A stretch of 64,000 nucleotides of DNA, from the NCBI GenBank assembly GCA_963920595.1, contig OY986946.1:9548001-9612000 (forward strand), read 5' to 3'. Below are positions 61,901 to 64,000 of the stretch, in pieces. The DNA is from Eimeria praecox (lineage: Eukaryota). A program made the position numbers and the translations under genes. Position 1 is the stretch's first letter, and every line of letters starts with the position of its first letter. The notes below the pieces were generated by a model. That model did not search any database, had not been told where the DNA came from, and saw only the letters and a list, made by a program, of their open reading frames with translations.

Positions 61901-64000
61901 GCTTTATTGTGGCATTGTTGGCAGTGGATGGGATGTGTTTGGAATGTTGTATGTTATGATGAGGGTGGAGGTTGCATGCATGGGTGTATAGGCGAGCGGC
62001 ATTTCGGTGGGGCGTTAGTGGTCTTATGCATCAGACGGTTTGTGACAGCAGGCGACGTTTGTCTGTAAATGTTTGGGGTATGTGCTCAGCCAAAGGAAGT
62101 GCGTTCATCTGCAAGGGAGGCGTGATGAGATTGGATTGGATGGGTGTACCAGAGCTTTAGTTGGATGATGCGTTAGTGGGTTTGGGCAGCGGATGGTTTG
62201 TCCCAGCAGGCGACGTTTGCTTGCGTACGTTTGAGGTATTCGATCGGGTACAGCCGGTGTGTTTGGCTGCCTGCAAGGAATACGAAATTGTTAGGTGCAG
62301 TGTGTGTTTCGTTGCTGTTTTGTTTTTTTGTCGATGGGATGGGTGTTTTTGGTGTGTAGCTTCTGGCTGTTTTTTGGGTGCATGGGCTGCATGATATGTA
62401 TTGTACTAATGCGTCGATGGTGCATCGCGTGTCGGAGCGTGTGCCGTGAGCTTGGCATTTGTAGATTCTTTATTGGCATAGATGGTTGGAGCTCAGCTCA
62501 TTGATCGGTGGTGGGTGTGTGGAGGTGTAGGGTGGTCATTTTGGTGCATGGGTTTGTGGATGGCGCGTTGTGCGTTTGACGTTACAGGAAGTATGTTGGC
62601 GGCCTTTGTGCGGTTTTGGTGGCCATTGGGGTGGTGGCTTTGGATGGTTAGTGCCGGATTGTATTGCATTCGCCATTCCATGAAGCAGCGGTTAGCATTA
62701 TGTGTGGATGGATTGTGGGCTGGAGGGCGAGCGTTGTTGGTTGCGGGAGGGTAGCTTGGGTGGGTTGGTTAGTGGCAGTTGTGGAGGCAGCGCATTTATT
62801 GGTTGTGTGGGTGGGGACGTATTGGGGGCTCGTTTTGTTGCATGGGTTTGTGAATGGTGCGTTGTGCGTGTGATGGCACAGGCAGCATGCCGGGAGCTTT
62901 ATTGTGGCATTGTTGGCAGTGGATGGGATGTGTTTGGAATGTTGTATGTTATGATGAGGGTGGAGGTTGCATGCATGGGTGTATAGGCGAGCGGCATTTC
63001 GGTGGGGCGTTAGTGGTCTTATGCATCAGACGGTTTGTGACAGCAGGCGACGTTTGTCTGTAAATGTTTGGGGTATGTGCTCAGCCAAAGGAAGTGCGTT
63101 CATCTGCAAGGGAGGCGTGATGAGATTGGATTGGATGGGTGTACCAGAGCTTTAGTTGGATGATGCGTTAGTGGGTTTGGGCAGCGGATGGTTTGTCCCA
63201 GCAGGCGACGTTTGCTTGCGTACGTTTGAGGTATTCGATCGGGTACAGCCAGTGTGTTTGGCTGCCTGCAAGGAATACGAAATTGTTAGGTGCAGTGTGT
63301 GTTTCGTTGCTGTTTTGTTTTTTTGTCGATGGGATGGGTGTTTTTGGTGTGTAGCTTCTGGCTGTTTTTTGGGTGCATGGGCTGCATGATATGTATTGTA
63401 CTAATGCGTCGATGGTGCATCGCGTGTCGGAGCGTGTGCCGTGAGCTTGGCATTTGTAGATTCTTTATTGGCATAGATGGTTGGAGCTCAGCTCATTGAT
63501 CGGTGGTGGGTGTGTGGAGGTGTAGGGTGGTCATTTTGGTGCATGGGTTTGTGGATGGCGCGTTGTGCGTTTGACGTTACAGGAAGTATGTTGGCGGCCT
63601 TTGTGCGGTTTTGGTGGCCATTGGGGTGGTGGCTTTGGATGGTTAGTGCCGGATTGTATTGCATTCGCCATTCCATGAAGCAGCGGTTAGCATTATGTGT
63701 GGATGGATTGTGGGCTGGAGGGCGAGCGTTGTTGGTTGCGGGAGGGTAGCTTGGGTGGGTTGGTTAGTGGCAGTTGTGGAGGCAGCGCATTTATTGGTTG
63801 TGTGGGTGGGGACGTATTGGGGGCTCGTTTTGTTGCATGGGTTTGTGAATGGTGCGTTGTGCGTGTGATGGCACAGGCAGCATGCCGGGAGCTTTATTGT
63901 GGCATTGTTGGCAGTGGATGGGATGTGTTTGGAATGTTGTATGTTATGATGAGGGTGGAGGTTGCATGCATGGGTGTATAGGCGAGCGGCATTTCGGTGG
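26000..64000. repeat. Tandem macrosatellite with a 995-bp unit, ~38 near-identical head-to-tail copies, running off the right edge
   Basis: An identical landmark (GAATGGTGCGTTGTGCG; ORF-track starts) recurs at 26098, 27093, 28088, 29083, 30078, 31072 ... 61859, 62854. The period is 995 bp, except three 994-bp units and one 939-bp unit. The + strand is strongly G/T-rich. Confidence 0.99.
26212..26219. promoter_or_regulatory. TGCATGCA palindromic octamer (known apicomplexan ApiAP2-bound motif), one fixed copy per satellite unit
   Basis: The context GGTTGCATGCATGGG is present in each unit inspected. Protein binding at this site is not demonstrated. Confidence 0.5.

Noticed and set aside
26000..64000. 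Hundreds of 60-125-aa ORFs (C/W/V/G-rich on +, H/T/N/Q/P-rich on -) as a tandem gene family
   Set aside because: They overlap in all frames, mirror the G/T skew, and are freely broken by stops and 1-bp indels between units.
26000..64000. CRISPR-like array
   Set aside because: Whole ~1-kb units repeat with no unique spacers, there are no cas genes, and the context is eukaryotic.

Overview
This is eukaryotic, intron-containing DNA that looks like a coccidian apicomplexan, most likely Eimeria. That is an inference from coding (CAG)n poly-Q tracts, TGCATGCA octamers, stray AAACCCT telomere-like heptamers, a chromovirus remnant and a TM+RRLA secreted-family exon. The left 26 kb holds five main elements: (1) the 3' part of a multi-exon ZRANB3-like SNF2 helicase/HNH nuclease gene (+, <1-6265); (2) a probable multi-exon hypothetical gene (+, 7494-8595); (3) a 3-exon PHO80/U-type cyclin (-, 13588-11523); (4) a heavily decayed Ty3/gypsy pol remnant (+, ~17900-20110); (5) an unannotated 44-aa in-frame repeat, followed by exon 1 of a hydrophobic-segment/RRLA protein (21866-22213) whose next exon I cannot find. 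From ~26000 to the window end there is an uninterrupted tandem satellite of ~38 copies of a 995-bp unit. It is strongly G/T-skewed and TGCAT-rich, with internal sub-repeats, higher-order (dimer/trimer/11-mer) structure and position-dependent variant domains. It is a candidate centromeric or subtelomeric satellite. All short ORFs inside the array are considered spurious. No rRNA, tRNA or CRISPR array was recognised.
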